From: an uncultured delta proteobacterium
Lineage (GTDB): Bacteria > Desulfobacterota > RBG-13-43-22
NCBI GenBank assembly: GCA_963843145.1
Contig: CAWJJC010000010.1
Location: 32,001-96,000, forward strand
Reading direction: 5' to 3'
DNA length: 64,000 bases
Positions within the stretch are counted from its first letter, which is position 1; each line of letters opens with the position of its first letter. Made by a program: the position numbers and the translations under genes. Of this stretch, positions 30,212 to 41,068 are shown piece by piece. The notes below the pieces were generated by a model, which saw only the letters and a program-made list of their open reading frames with translations, ran no database searches and was not told the DNA's origin.

Positions 30212-31109
30212 ATGGATATTTCTTTCCTCTGTCGCAATTTTTGAGTGGCTTGGCCCGGGGTGCCATGCTGTTTCTTATCGCCTCGGGCCTGTCCCTCATC
30301 TTTGGGGTAATGAATATTCTTAATTTTGCCCATGCGTCCTTCTGGTTGGTTGGGGCCTATTTTTGCCATACCTTCTGGCCGATGATTGCAAAATTATGAT
30401 TTTGGCGCTATGGGTGAGTATCCTGCTGGCGGCCTTGGCGCCTGGCTGTTATCGGTTGGCTCGTCGAGGTGGTGTTGATCCGCCGGGTTTATAAGCGGGA
30501 ATTTGCCCGAACAACTCCTGCTGACCTATGCCATGGTGCTTGATTTTCGGGGATTTGATAAAATTCATTTGGGGGGTGGAAGACAGATCATCGTCGCCGC
30601 CCATCGTGGACAGGACCCGGTTTTTATCTTTCGGGGTTCCCTTCGATTCTTACTTCATTTTCGTCATTCTGATCGGATTGCCGCTATTTTCCTGGGCCTG
30701 TGGTGGTTTATGAAAAAAACCCGATACGGCCATATTGTCCGGGCCGCGGTCTTCAGCCGGGAGATGGTCAGTGCCTTGGGGATTCCTATCCCCAGGATAT
30801 ATACCGGAGTGTTTGTCTTAGGAATCTTTATCGCCGGTTTAGCCGGGGCCGTTCAGGCCCCGGTGGGATCGATCACCCTCGGCATGGATATGGCGATATT
30901 GTTCAGGCCTTTTGCGTGGTGGTCATCGGCGGGTTCGGAAGTCTTCCGGGTACCCTGGTTGGATCGCTATTGTAGGTGAGATATATTCCTTTTCCATTCT
31001 CTTTTGGCCGGAAGGTGCCCTGGTTCTAATTTTTGTCGTAACCGCCTTTGTCTTGATCATCCGACCCTGGGGATTGTTCGGAACGCCCCATGAGGATATG
31101 AAGAATTGA
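30212..31109 (+). CDS. Liv-type ABC permease LivH-like (multiple frameshifts)
   Basis: LIASGLSLIFGVMNILNFAH, TRYGHIVRA, VVVIGGFGS, IRPWGLFG. Confidence 0.8.
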
Positions 31110-31126
31110 CAGAAGGGATGCTCCTT

Positions 31127-32027
31127 ATGAAGAGAACCTGGTGGCTGGGGTTGCTTATTATCGGCAACCTTATTCCTTCCCTTGATGGTCGGGGAATACT
31201 GGATTCATGTGGCCATTGAAATATTGATTTAGGCCTTTTCGCGGTCAGCTTTAATATGATCTTTGGCTATATGGGCCAACTTAGTTTTGGCCATGCGGCC
31301 TATTTTGGCGTGGGTGCCTATGCCACGGGCCTACTTATGGTCAAGACTTCCGTACCCCTGCCCCTCTGTCTGGCCGCATCCATGATAACCGCGGGGATAT
31401 GGCTTTGATCCTCGGATACTTTTGTGTCCGTCTCACCGGGATTACTTCGCCATCCTGACCCTGGCCTTCGGCCAACTGATGTACTATATCATCTTCCAAT
31501 GGTATTCCTTTACCGGTGGGGACAACGGCCTCCAGGGATCCCCCCGGCGATACTTTTAGGGCCAATTCCTATTACTACTTTACCCTCCTTATTGTCACCG
31601 CGGCCCTGGTGGTCATGTGGTTTATCAGTGAATCCCCTTTCGGGTATACCATGCGGGCCATTCGGGATAACACCGACCGGACGCGGTTTATCGGCATCCA
31701 TGTCCGAAAATACATGCTTATTAACTTTGTGGTTGCCGGGATGTTTGCCGGCTTGGCTGGCGGCCTTTGGGGACCCTTTAACCGGAGTATCGCCCCTGAT
31801 CTTTGCAACTGGCACCAGTCCGGAATCCCGGTGTTCATGACCGTTATCGGAGGCCTATGGGCTTCTTGGGGCCTATGGTCGGGTCGGTGATTTACACCTT
31901 CCTCATGGCCTTTGTCACCGGGTTTACCGAATACTGGCCCCTGGTTATTGGGCTGGTCATTATGTTCGTCGTCCTCTTTGTACCCGGCGGAGTTCTCGGG
32001 TTGGTCAGAGGAAAAGACGAAGGGTAG
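31127..32027 (+). CDS. Liv-type ABC permease LivM-like (multiple frameshifts)
   Basis: [48 protein letters not shown]. Confidence 0.8.
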
Positions 32028-32087
32028 ACGGGACAAGGGACTGGAAGCCAAAGGGAACGAATTTTAGAATTATAGAAAGTTGAGCGT

Positions 32088-32840
32088 ATGGCCGAAGAAG
32101 TTATCCTCAGAGTGAAGGAATTATTCAAAGCCTTTGGCGGGCTTTTGGCCACCAACAATGTTAATTTTGAGATTAAAGCCGGAGAAATGTCCGCCATTAT
32201 CGGCCCGAACGGTGCAGGAAAAAGTACTTTATTTAACCTCTTAACCGGATATCATGCCGTCGACCAGGGGCAGGTGTTCTATAAAGAAAAGAATATTACC
32301 AATTGGCCAGCTTATAAGATTGCCCGTCTGGGGATAGCCCGTGCCTTTCAGGTCAGTAATATTTATCCCAAACTGACCACCTATGAGAATGTCCGCCAAG
32401 CGATTCTAACTCAGCAAAAAAGAACCCTTAACTTCTTTACCCCCGCCAGGCGGCTGGCCCAAAAGGAGACCCAGGACATCATTCAAATCACCGGGCTAAC
32501 CGAAAACACCCAGATGGTCGCCGGCAACCTTTCCCAGGGAGACAAGAAACGACTGGAACTGGCTATTGCCCTGGGGAGTAAGCCTGATCTGCTTTTTCTG
32601 GATGAGCCCACCGCCGGCATGTCCGGGGAAGAAACCCACGAAACGATGGAATTGGTGGCTCGGCTCAACCGGGAAATGGGGTTGACCATTCTTTTTACGG
32701 AGCATGATATGCCGGTGGTCTTTGGGTATGCCCGCAGACTATCGGTTTTGCATGCGGGGACCATTATTGCTGAAGGGACGCCGGAAGAGATCAGGGCCAA
32801 CGAAAATGCGCAAAGGGTCTATCTCGGGGAGGAAACATGA
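32088..32840 (+). CDS. ABC ATP-binding protein LivG-like
   Basis: [34 protein letters not shown]. Confidence 0.92.
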   Translation: MAEEVILRVKELFKAFGGLLATNNVNFEIKAGEMSAIIGPNGAGKSTLFNLLTGYHAVDQGQVFYKEKNITNWPAYKIARLGIARAFQVSNIYPKLTTYENVRQAILTQQKRTLNFFTPARRLAQKETQDIIQITGLTENTQMVAGNLSQGDKKRLELAIALGSKPDLLFLDEPTAGMSGEETHETMELVARLNREMGLTILFTEHDMPVVFGYARRLSVLHAGTIIAEGTPEEIRANENAQRVYLGEET

Positions 32841-33545
32841 TTCTGGAGGTCAAAGACGTCCAAACCTATTACGGAACCAGCCATATCCTTTTTGGTGTTT
32901 CCCTCTCTGTAGATCGGGGTAAAATCGTCTGCCTCCTAGGAAGAAACGGGGCAGGCAAGACCACCACTATGCGGAGCGTATGGGGTCTCACTCCTCCTCA
33001 ATCCGGCAGTATCCAATTTAATGGTGAGGAAATGAGCGGAAAGCCTCCTTATTATATTGCCCGGAAAGGGATGGGCTATGTGCCGGATAACCGGCTGATT
33101 TTCCCTGATCTTACAGTAAGGGAAAATTTGGAGCTGGCCATTGAAGATGCCCAAGGGCTTTAGCGGGTAGCCTTGGACCCGTAGACCGAATTTACGAACT
33201 TTTTCCTCCCCTGATAAAACTGGACAAAAACTTGGGGGGTTATCTGAGTGGTGGTGAGCAACAAATGTTGACGGTCGGCAGAACCCTGATGGGGAATCCC
33301 GGCTGATTCTTCTGGACGAACCGGTAGAAGGGCTGGCCCCCCTGGTGGTGCGGGCCCTGGGAGAACAAATCCTGAAATTGAGGGAGATGGGAGAGACCAT
33401 CTTTTTTTCAGAACAAAATGTCAAATTCGCTACCATGATAGCCGACCGGGCCTTTGTAATTGATAAAGGCAAAATTCGGTACGAAGGCAGCATGGAGGAA
33501 TTGAAAGAGAATGAAGAGATTCGAAAGAAATATCTAATGATCTAA
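32837..33545 (+). CDS. ABC ATP-binding protein LivF-like (frameshifts)
   Basis: GRNGAGKTT, LSGGEQQML, LDEPVEGLAP, EQNV. Confidence 0.88.
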
Positions 33546-33620
33546 TGAAAACCCCTTAGCCTGTTGGGCCGTCTTCCGCACCCTCAATAGTATTAAAAGG
33601 CCTTTTCCAAGGAATTTATT

Positions 33621-35150
33621 ATGAATATCGGCACCCTCTTGCCTCGACATGCCCACTTTCGTCCTGATCATACCGCGGTTATTTTTGGAGAGTACTCGGC
33701 CTGAACTATCGCCAGTTCAATAAGAGCGTCAACCGTCTGGCCAATGCCTTTCTGGATCAAGGGATTACTAAGGGAGATAAGGTTGCCGCCATCCTTCCCA
33801 ACTCGCTGGAGCTACTAGAGGTTTATTGGGCGGTGGCCCAAATCGGGGCCGTGGTGGTCCCCTTAAGCCCCCTGCTTCGGGGAACTGGACTGATAACGCT
33901 ACTGAAGGATTCCGATACGGAGATGGTCATCACCAATGTGGACTTTGTCGAAATTTTGAACCCCATCAAACCGGCACTCTCTGCCATTAAGGCTGATCGC
34001 TACTGGCTGATCGACAGCAGCGCTACTGAAGGCTACCAGAGCTATCAGCTCCTGAAGGCCCGGGCCAACGACCAGGATCCCCAAAGGATCGAATTAGGCG
34101 ATCAGGACCCTTACAACATAATCTACAGCAGCGGCACCACTGGCTTCCCCAAAGGAATCATCCATACCCATTATGTCCGGGCCATGTACTGTACCCTTTT
34201 TGCTGCCGCCTATCGGATTTCCCCGGAAAGTATTGTTCTCCATACCGGTTCCATTGTCTTTAACGGGGCTTTCCTGACCCTCATGCCGACTATGTACCTT
34301 GGGGCTACCTACATCCTTCACCCCCAGTTTGATGCCGAAGCCATGATCAGGACCATCAAAGAAGAAAGAGTCACCCACATTGATGTGGTTCCCGCCCAGG
34401 TAATTGCCCTCTTGAATTCCCCCAATTTCGCCCTAAAGAATTTGGGATCTTTGGAAATGTTTCATTGCTATCGGGGCGCCCCTTCATAAAGAATATAAAG
34501 AAGAATTAAACCGCCGCCTGCCCGGACGCTTCTACGAGCTGTACGGCCTGACCGAGGGCTTCGTGACCATACTCGACAAAACCGATTTCCCCCGCAAACT
34601 TTCTTCGGTGGGTTGCTGCCCGCCCTTTTTTGAAATGAAGATTCTGAACGAGCAGCGGCAGGAAGTGCCGGTGGGCGAAGTGGGCGAGATCGTCGGCCGC
34701 GGGCCGATTCTGATGCCCGGCTACTACAAGCGTCCGGACCTGACCGAAAAAGCGATCATCGACGGCTGGCTCTATTCCGGGGACCTCGGTTTCGTGGACG
34801 AGGAAGGTTATCTGACCCTGGTGGACCGCAAAAAAGATATGATCATCTCCGGCGGCATCAACGTCTATCCCAAGGACATTGAAGAGATCCTGGTCCAGCA
34901 CCCGGCGGTCCGCGAGGCGGCGGTCTTCGGCCTGCCCCATGAGAAATGGGGCGAAACGCCGGTGGCCGCGGTGATCCTCAAGCAGCCCGGGCAAGCCACC
35001 GCCGAGGAACTGAAGACCTGGGCCAACGACCGGGTCGGCGCCAAGTACCAGCGCCTGGACCGGGTGATCCTCATGGAGGAATTTCCCCGCAGCACCGCCG
35101 GCAAGACCTTGAAACGGGTGATGCGGGAGGAACTGCAGAAGGGGATTTGA
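33621..35150 (+). CDS. AMP-dependent acyl-CoA synthetase (frameshifts)
   Basis: [37 protein letters not shown]. Confidence 0.9.
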
Positions 35151-35166
35151 TTCAGAGATTTTTCCC

Positions 35167-35266
35167 GTCATGCCGGACCTGATCCGGTATCCAGGTTACC
35201 CGGGACCTTCCCGACCTTTGGCAATCCGGATCTCGTCACACCTCCGCAGTCCTCATCCGGAATGAC
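35167..35266. repeat. REP-like hairpin element
   Basis: GTCATGCCGGACCTGATCCGGTATCC...TCCGGAATGAC. Confidence 0.55.
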
Positions 35267-35410
35267 AACTCTTTGCCGGGCTAATCCTTTTCTTCATGCT
35301 TCGCGGGTACTCCCGTCCTTCCCACCTTCTGACCGCCTCACTATCCTTTTCACTTGCGTTGGAGCTAAAATGGTTCTACAATAGATCTAACTTTTTTGAG
35401 GAGAATTGAC

Positions 35411-35656
35411 ATGCCGGTAAATCTATCCATAAAAAATGTGCCGGATGAAGTAGCCGAAGCCCTCCGCCAAAGAGCGGCCGGGCATCATCGCTCGCTTCAG
35501 GGGGAGCTCATGATCATTTTGGAGGAGAGCCTGGGTCAGAAACCTTCCCTGACGCCATTCGAACTTTTATCCAAATTGCGTGAGAATGGACTGAAATCAC
35601 CCGACGAATCTCTGCGCTTTGTACGGGAAGACCGTCGTGGGCATTCTCGTCGTTGA
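35411..35656 (+). CDS. FitA-like ribbon-helix-helix antitoxin
   Basis: NLSIKNVPDEV...LRQRA..HHRSLQGEL; overlaps a PIN toxin gene. Confidence 0.85.
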   Translation: MPVNLSIKNVPDEVAEALRQRAAGHHRSLQGELMIILEESLGQKPSLTPFELLSKLRENGLKSPDESLRFVREDRRGHSRR

Positions 35657-36008
35657 CGCATCTGCTTTAGGTGCCCTGATTTTCGGGGAACCCCAAGCGG
35701 AAGAGATGGCCTCCCGGATGGAGGGGGGAACCCTGGTTGCACCAACTTTGCTTTGGTTTGAGTTGGCCAGCATCTGCCTGAAAAAGATCAAGGCCCATCC
35801 CAGGCAGAAGGAGGAATTGCTCCAGGCTTTGGGTTTTGTCGAACGACTCCCGATTCAGCCGATCGAGGTTGATCAACCGGAGGTGGTCCGGTTGGCTTGG
35901 CAAACGGGACTGACTACGTATGATGCCAGTTATCTGTGGTTGGTCCAGCGATTGCGCGGAGAACTGGTAACCCTGGATGAAGGATTAATGGGGAAGATTA
36001 ATAAATGA
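35637..36008 (+). CDS. vapC: VapC PIN-domain toxin
   Basis: VVDASAL, FELAS, TYDASYL, LVTLD. Confidence 0.88.
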   Translation: MGILVVDASALGALIFGEPQAEEMASRMEGGTLVAPTLLWFELASICLKKIKAHPRQKEELLQALGFVERLPIQPIEVDQPEVVRLAWQTGLTTYDASYLWLVQRLRGELVTLDEGLMGKINK

Positions 36009-36046
36009 TGCCTCGACATCATTTTATCTGATGTTATAATGTTTTC

Positions 36047-36292
36047 ATGAGAACCACCCTGATTATTGACGACGACGTATTGGATAGGGCCCGGACCCTG
36101 GCGACCAAGAGCAAAATCCCTTTTCGGACGGTGGTTAACGAGGCCTTGCGCGCCGGGTTGTCCATGGTGGAGGCTCCGGCGAAACAAAAAAAATACCGGA
36201 CCACCCCTCGCCCTTTGGGTCTTCGAGCCGGCAGGAATCTGGACAACGTTCAGGAATTGCTAGCCCAGGTCGAGGGGGAACACCGGCGGTGA
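36047..36292 (+). CDS. vapB: VapB/CopG-type antitoxin
   Basis: MRTTLIIDDDV, VVNEALRAGL; GTGA overlap with the toxin gene. Confidence 0.85.
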   Translation: MRTTLIIDDDVLDRARTLATKSKIPFRTVVNEALRAGLSMVEAPAKQKKYRTTPRPLGLRAGRNLDNVQELLAQVEGEHRR

Positions 36293-36741
36293 TCCTGGTC
36301 GATGCCGATATCCTCCTTTACGCCGAAGACAGCCTGAGCCCTCGCCACCGCCATGCCCGAACCTGGTGGGATGAAAAGCTTTCCGGATCCGACCCGGTTT
36401 GCCTCTGCTGGCCGGTCATCGATGCCTTTATCCGTATCGGGACCAATCCACATGTTTTCGAACATCCCCTGCTGATCGGACAAGCCCTGGCCCGGGTGCA
36501 AAGCTGGCTTGACCAGCCCCCTACCCGTTTGATCCACCCTACCCAACGGCACTGGGTTATCTTTCAGGAGATGTTGACCGCGGGACAGACCTCAGCCAAT
36601 CTGGTCCCCAATGCCCACCCGGCCGCCCTGGCCCTGGAACACGGGTGCGAGCTCTACTCCAGCGATTCCGATTTCTCCCGCTTCCCGCGTTTAAAGTGGA
36701 GAAATCCACTGGCCAAAGATTGTTTGACGCCTGTTCATTGA
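36289..36741 (+). CDS. vapC: VapC PIN-domain toxin (mycobacterial-like subfamily)
   Basis: MILVDADILLYA, FIRIGTNP, NLVPNAH, SSDSDFSRFP..WRNPL. Confidence 0.85.
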   Translation: MILVDADILLYAEDSLSPRHRHARTWWDEKLSGSDPVCLCWPVIDAFIRIGTNPHVFEHPLLIGQALARVQSWLDQPPTRLIHPTQRHWVIFQEMLTAGQTSANLVPNAHPAALALEHGCELYSSDSDFSRFPRLKWRNPLAKDCLTPVH

Positions 36742-36781
36742 GTGCTATAATCCGCTCATCGCAATTTCAACAATGTAAGCA

Positions 36782-37855
36782 TTGTCTTTCGAGATCGATT
36801 ATCGGGAGGACAGGCTGATGAAGCAGAGAAGCAGCAGAAACCGATTTAAACAGGGCGTTTATTATGACGACAACCTTCCCGACCGCGTTCTCAATGTCTT
36901 CAAAAGTGTCAATCTTCTAGGCGGCTGGGATGGCGCGTCGTCTGGAGCGCCATTTCGGAGACCCGACACCTACCAATCCATACTGGATGGAAAAAATCTA
37001 CGACGGGTTGTTTACATTAACGGCCAGGTTACACCGCTGATTGACGGCTTTACCATCAAAAACGGCAACGCCTCGGGCTGGGCCACCAATTGCAGCGGAA
37101 GCAACGCCAATGGTTGCGGGGGAGGAATTTTCGTTTACCAGGCCGACGCTCGAATCATCAACAACAAAATACTCGACAACACCGCCAATAACTTTGCCAA
37201 CCAGTCCGGCTACGGCGGAGGCATCCATCTGGAGGCGACCTCTGGTGCCGTGATACGCGACAACCTCATCCAGGGAAATCGGGCCAATAATCCGGTGGAT
37301 GGAGGGGGCGGGGGAGGAGGATTGTCCATTTACGGAGCCGCTCAGGATTTTCCCCGGGTTAACAACAACCTCTTTATTAATAATTATGGTTTGATGGCGG
37401 GAGGACTCTTATCCGTTCTCCAACCCAACCCGGTCATTTATAATAACACTTTCGACAATAACAGCGCCTCGGGGGCCGCTGCCCTGGGCGTCTTTGGGGA
37501 AGGCACGATCACCAAAAATCGTTTCCAGAATCATCAAGGTACGGAAACGGTTTATCTGGGCACATTTTCGGGAACCTTCGAAGAAAATACCCTGATTGGC
37601 AACAATGCGAGTATAGGGGTACATTTGACTTACGAAAGCCCTCCTTTCCCTCCAGGGATTGAACACCAATTTAGTAAATTCCCTGGTCGGCGATCCGGGT
37701 TTCAAGGACCCCGCGGCCAGGACCTGGTGAGCATCGAGTCCATGAAGATGGAGAGCTTCGTGGCCTCCCCTTGCGACGGAATAGTGGCGGACGTCAAGGT
37801 CCAACCCGGCCAGGCGGTGGAGTCCGGGGATGTCCTAGTAACCTTCCAAACTTAG
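36782..37855 (+). pseudogene. Chimeric ORF: parallel beta-helix fragment joined to a biotinyl-carrier C-terminus
   Basis: IDGFTIKNG, GGGI and N-rich repeats; ends IESMKME...VQPGQAVESGDVLV; the parts join abruptly. Confidence 0.6.
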
Positions 37856-37962
37856 CTGCCGGAGTTTCCCGATGAAAAAAGAAACGCTCCTTGCCTAATA
37901 GCTTAGAACTTGATAAAATGTTCTTCAGAAGGGATTTGATAATATTTCTTTAGAAGTCGGCG

Positions 37963-38262
37963 ATGAAGAAAAAACCTAAAAAGGTTGCGTTATTGACGAT
38001 GGTTGTTGCCCTCTCCCTGTTTCTGGGGATTTCAACCTACCTCAATTATTATGGTCTATCGGAAGCCGATATCCTGGCCACCAACCTATCCTTTGAAAAC
38101 CCTGATTTGGAAAATCTGTTCGTCGATCACAAAAATCAACTGAACCTGATCCCGCCTTACGCCTCCGAGAATACCCCGGCAGGAACTTTTTCAGAAAAGT
38201 TTTTTTGCTACTTCTTTCCCAGAACCTCTCACGATAAAAAGAATCCCGTCCTTCGTTGCTGA
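37963..38262 (+). CDS. Hypothetical membrane-anchored protein
   Basis: N-terminal hydrophobic helix; C-terminal VLRC. Confidence 0.55.
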   Translation: MKKKPKKVALLTMVVALSLFLGISTYLNYYGLSEADILATNLSFENPDLENLFVDHKNQLNLIPPYASENTPAGTFSEKFFCYFFPRTSHDKKNPVLRC

Positions 38263-38356
38263 GTCCGGCCCCGGCGTTCATATCCTTTAATGGGGTAGCT
38301 CCCACTTTTCAGGTTTTTTTACTAAAAGCAGAGTAACAGTTTGGGAGGGAGGACTT

Positions 38357-38548
38357 ATGTTAGGCATCAATCAAGACATGCTGGTAATCCTGGTAATTGC
38401 CGCTTTTATTTTTGGGGCTAAGAAATTGCCTGAAATTGGCAAGGGATTAGGTAAGGGGATACAGGAATTTAAGAATGGAATAACCGGCCAGGACGAGGAG
38501 GAGAATCCCGCCAAACCTAAAGCTGTTGAAAAGCAGGAGACCAAGTAA
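38357..38548 (+). CDS. tatA: Twin-arginine translocase TatA/TatE
   Basis: [21 protein letters not shown]. Confidence 0.93.
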   Translation: MLGINQDMLVILVIAAFIFGAKKLPEIGKGLGKGIQEFKNGITGQDEEENPAKPKAVEKQETK

Positions 38549-38585
38549 AATTAGAGCGGGGGGGAGTGCGGTCGTGGTGATCAAA

Positions 38586-39152
38586 TCATTTTCCCCGGAG
38601 GCGGTGGACTGTCCAAAAGATGAAGCCGACCAGGGAAATTCCAATAATGATTTCCAGTTCATAATGCCTGAGGTCAGCCAACAGAATCTGGAGGGCCGCA
38701 CCGAATAGATATCCCCCCAAAGCGATGACCACGGACCAGAGCAGGGCCCCCAGGCTATTTAGAATCAGAAATCGGCCGACCTTGAACTGTTTATCCAACC
38801 CCAGGACAAAGGGGGTGAGGATACGTATGCCGTAAACAAAACGAAAACCCAAGACGATCAGGTTATGATAACGTTCCATGGCTCTATGGACCTTATCCAC
38901 CCGAGTCTGGAGTTTGGGATACCGGCTTAACAACGTAACCCCTTTATAGCGTCCAACGAAAAAGAAGAGCTGGTCCCCGGAAAAGGCGCCTAAAAAGGCA
39001 TAAAACATGACCCAGGGCAGCTTAAGATATCCTAAATGCGCGGTGAGCCCGCCTAAAATCAGGACGGTTTCCCCTTCAAAAAAAGTACCTAAGAAAACAC
39101 CCAGGTACCCATAGGTCCTGAGCAAGTAATCAAAAGTCATGCTTGACACCAC
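38586..39152 (-). CDS. DedA family membrane protein
   Basis: GTFFEGETVLILGG, GDQLFF, FRFVYGIR. Confidence 0.9.
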   Translation of the reverse strand: MVSSMTFDYLLRTYGYLGVFLGTFFEGETVLILGGLTAHLGYLKLPWVMFYAFLGAFSGDQLFFFVGRYKGVTLLSRYPKLQTRVDKVHRAMERYHNLIVLGFRFVYGIRILTPFVLGLDKQFKVGRFLILNSLGALLWSVVIALGGYLFGAALQILLADLRHYELEIIIGISLVGFIFWTVHRLRGK

Positions 39153-39447
39153 TCCTTAGGGTGTTTTTCACGCCGGGAGAAGACGACCTTAGCGCGGAAG
39201 ATTCTACCCTTCATTCTTTACTATCGTTTACCGGGGAGGTTTCCAGTTGAGGTGAGTTTTTATGATAGCATAGATCCCACTGGAAGGGAAAAATATTGTA
39301 ATCTGCCCAACTGGCCCGGTTGAACGGTGCCACGGAGGACGAGATCGAAAACGCTTTTCGGGGACCCGAACGGTACCTGGAGGAAAAAAAGCTGCTGTTC
39401 TCGCCGGATTGTTAACGATCTCAAGATAGGAACAAAACATCACCGCG

Positions 39448-39532
39448 CGTCATTCCCATAGCGTTTCTGAGCGGGAATCCAGGCTGTTCCCAGAGAAAAC
39501 TGGATCCCCGATAAAGACATTCGGGGATGACG
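39448..39532 (-). repeat. REP-like double-hairpin element (copy 2)
   Basis: Reverse-complement near-copy of 25997-26081. Confidence 0.8.
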
Positions 39533-39583
39533 AGAAATAGGCTGCAACGACAATAAAGAGACCCTTTATAGGTGCCGAAGGGA

Positions 39584-41068
39584 TTACGGATTCCTCCGGG
39601 GGACTTGCTTAAAATCAATAAACCCCCGATCGACGTCTGTATGGATCAATTCGACGCGAATCCGGTCGCCCACATCAACGCCTTCAAATCCCTGGACCAG
39701 CCTTCCCTCCAAAGGCGGATTAAGGAGACGCGCCCAGGTTCCCTTGGGGGCTGCCCCGGTAACTATAGCCTCAAATCGCTCCCCGATCCTCGCTTCGAGG
39801 AGCAGGGCGGCGGCCGATTTCCCAACTTGACGCTCTACCTTCCGGGCGGCATCTTCCTCCTCAGTGCAGTGCCTGGCCAATTCCTCCAGTTCGCCCCCGC
39901 TATAAGGACAAGGGACCCCCTCCAGGGCCGCCTTAAGCAATCGCTGGGTGATCAAATCGGGATAACGACGGTTAGGGGCGGTGGAATGGGCATAGTCTTT
40001 TACCGCCAGCCCGAAATGGCCCGGAGCGTTCTCACCGGGGAGCTCGGAAACGTATTCCCCGGCCCCCAACAGTTTAATAATGGAAAGCGAGAGGTCGGGG
40101 AAACGAACCGGATCATCGGCTTTGGCCTTCAGCAGAAATCCTTCCAGGGCTTTTGAATCCGGCTCCTCCGGGAGCCTGAATCCCTGCTCCCGGGCAAGGG
40201 AGACAATCCGGTCCCATCGTTTAGGAGTGCGGACCACACGCCGGATGGAAGGGAATTTTTTTTCAAAGAGAAACTTGGCCGACACCCCATTGGCCGCGAT
40301 CATGAAGTCTTCGATGAGGCTCCGGGCGCGGTTCTTTTTTTCCACGGATAATTCGCTGACCCGGTCGCCATCGAATATGGGACGCGCCTCAACGGTCTCG
40401 AAATTCAGGGCCCCGTGTAGATGCCGCAAGCGCTTCAGGCTCTGGGCCACCCGATCCTGGAGGCGGAGGTTTTCATCCAGCCCGCGAACAGCGGCAATCC
40501 CTTCCGGCTGAGGTCCGCTCCCCTCCAGCCAGGCGGCCACACTGTTGTAAGCCAGTTTGGCCTGACTGCGGACTAGTGCCCGGGAGATTCCCCATGCCTG
40601 GAGAGATCCCTCACGGTCGATGACCATTTCGATGACCAGGGCCAAGCGATCTTCCCGGTCATTGAGGGAAGTGAAGTCGGTAGACAGTTTTTCAGGCAGC
40701 ATCGGGAATATCGTCGCGGCCGTGTAGACCGAGGTGGTATTGTGCCCGGCCTGACGGTCCAGGGCCGAACCTTTCAAGACCAAGACATCCACGTCGGCTA
40801 CCGCTACCAGTAGTTTGCATTCGCCATTAGGCCGGGCCTCGGCCACCGACAATTGATCCAGATCCCGGGAATCATCATTGTCTATGGAAGCCCAAAGGAG
40901 GGCCCGCAGGTCGCGGATCTGGCCCGAGCTGGCCGTGGCGGGGGAATGAATTCGCTCCAGTTCCGCCAGTGATTCGGCGGAAAAATCCGGCAAAAGTCCT
41001 CTTTCAAGCATCGCCCGCCGGGCAATCTGCTCCAGAATTGCGCGATGGTGTTTACCCCTGGTCATCAT
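39584..41068 (-). CDS. RNB-domain ribonuclease (RNase II/R family)
   Basis: SIDNDDSRDLDQ, LIEDFMIAAN, HFGLA..YAHSTAPNRRYPDL. Confidence 0.93.
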   Translation of the reverse strand: MMTRGKHHRAILEQIARRAMLERGLLPDFSAESLAELERIHSPATASSGQIRDLRALLWASIDNDDSRDLDQLSVAEARPNGECKLLVAVADVDVLVLKGSALDRQAGHNTTSVYTAATIFPMLPEKLSTDFTSLNDREDRLALVIEMVIDREGSLQAWGISRALVRSQAKLAYNSVAAWLEGSGPQPEGIAAVRGLDENLRLQDRVAQSLKRLRHLHGALNFETVEARPIFDGDRVSELSVEKKNRARSLIEDFMIAANGVSAKFLFEKKFPSIRRVVRTPKRWDRIVSLAREQGFRLPEEPDSKALEGFLLKAKADDPVRFPDLSLSIIKLLGAGEYVSELPGENAPGHFGLAVKDYAHSTAPNRRYPDLITQRLLKAALEGVPCPYSGGELEELARHCTEEEDAARKVERQVGKSAAALLLEARIGERFEAIVTGAAPKGTWARLLNPPLEGRLVQGFEGVDVGDRIRVELIHTDVDRGFIDFKQVPRRNP

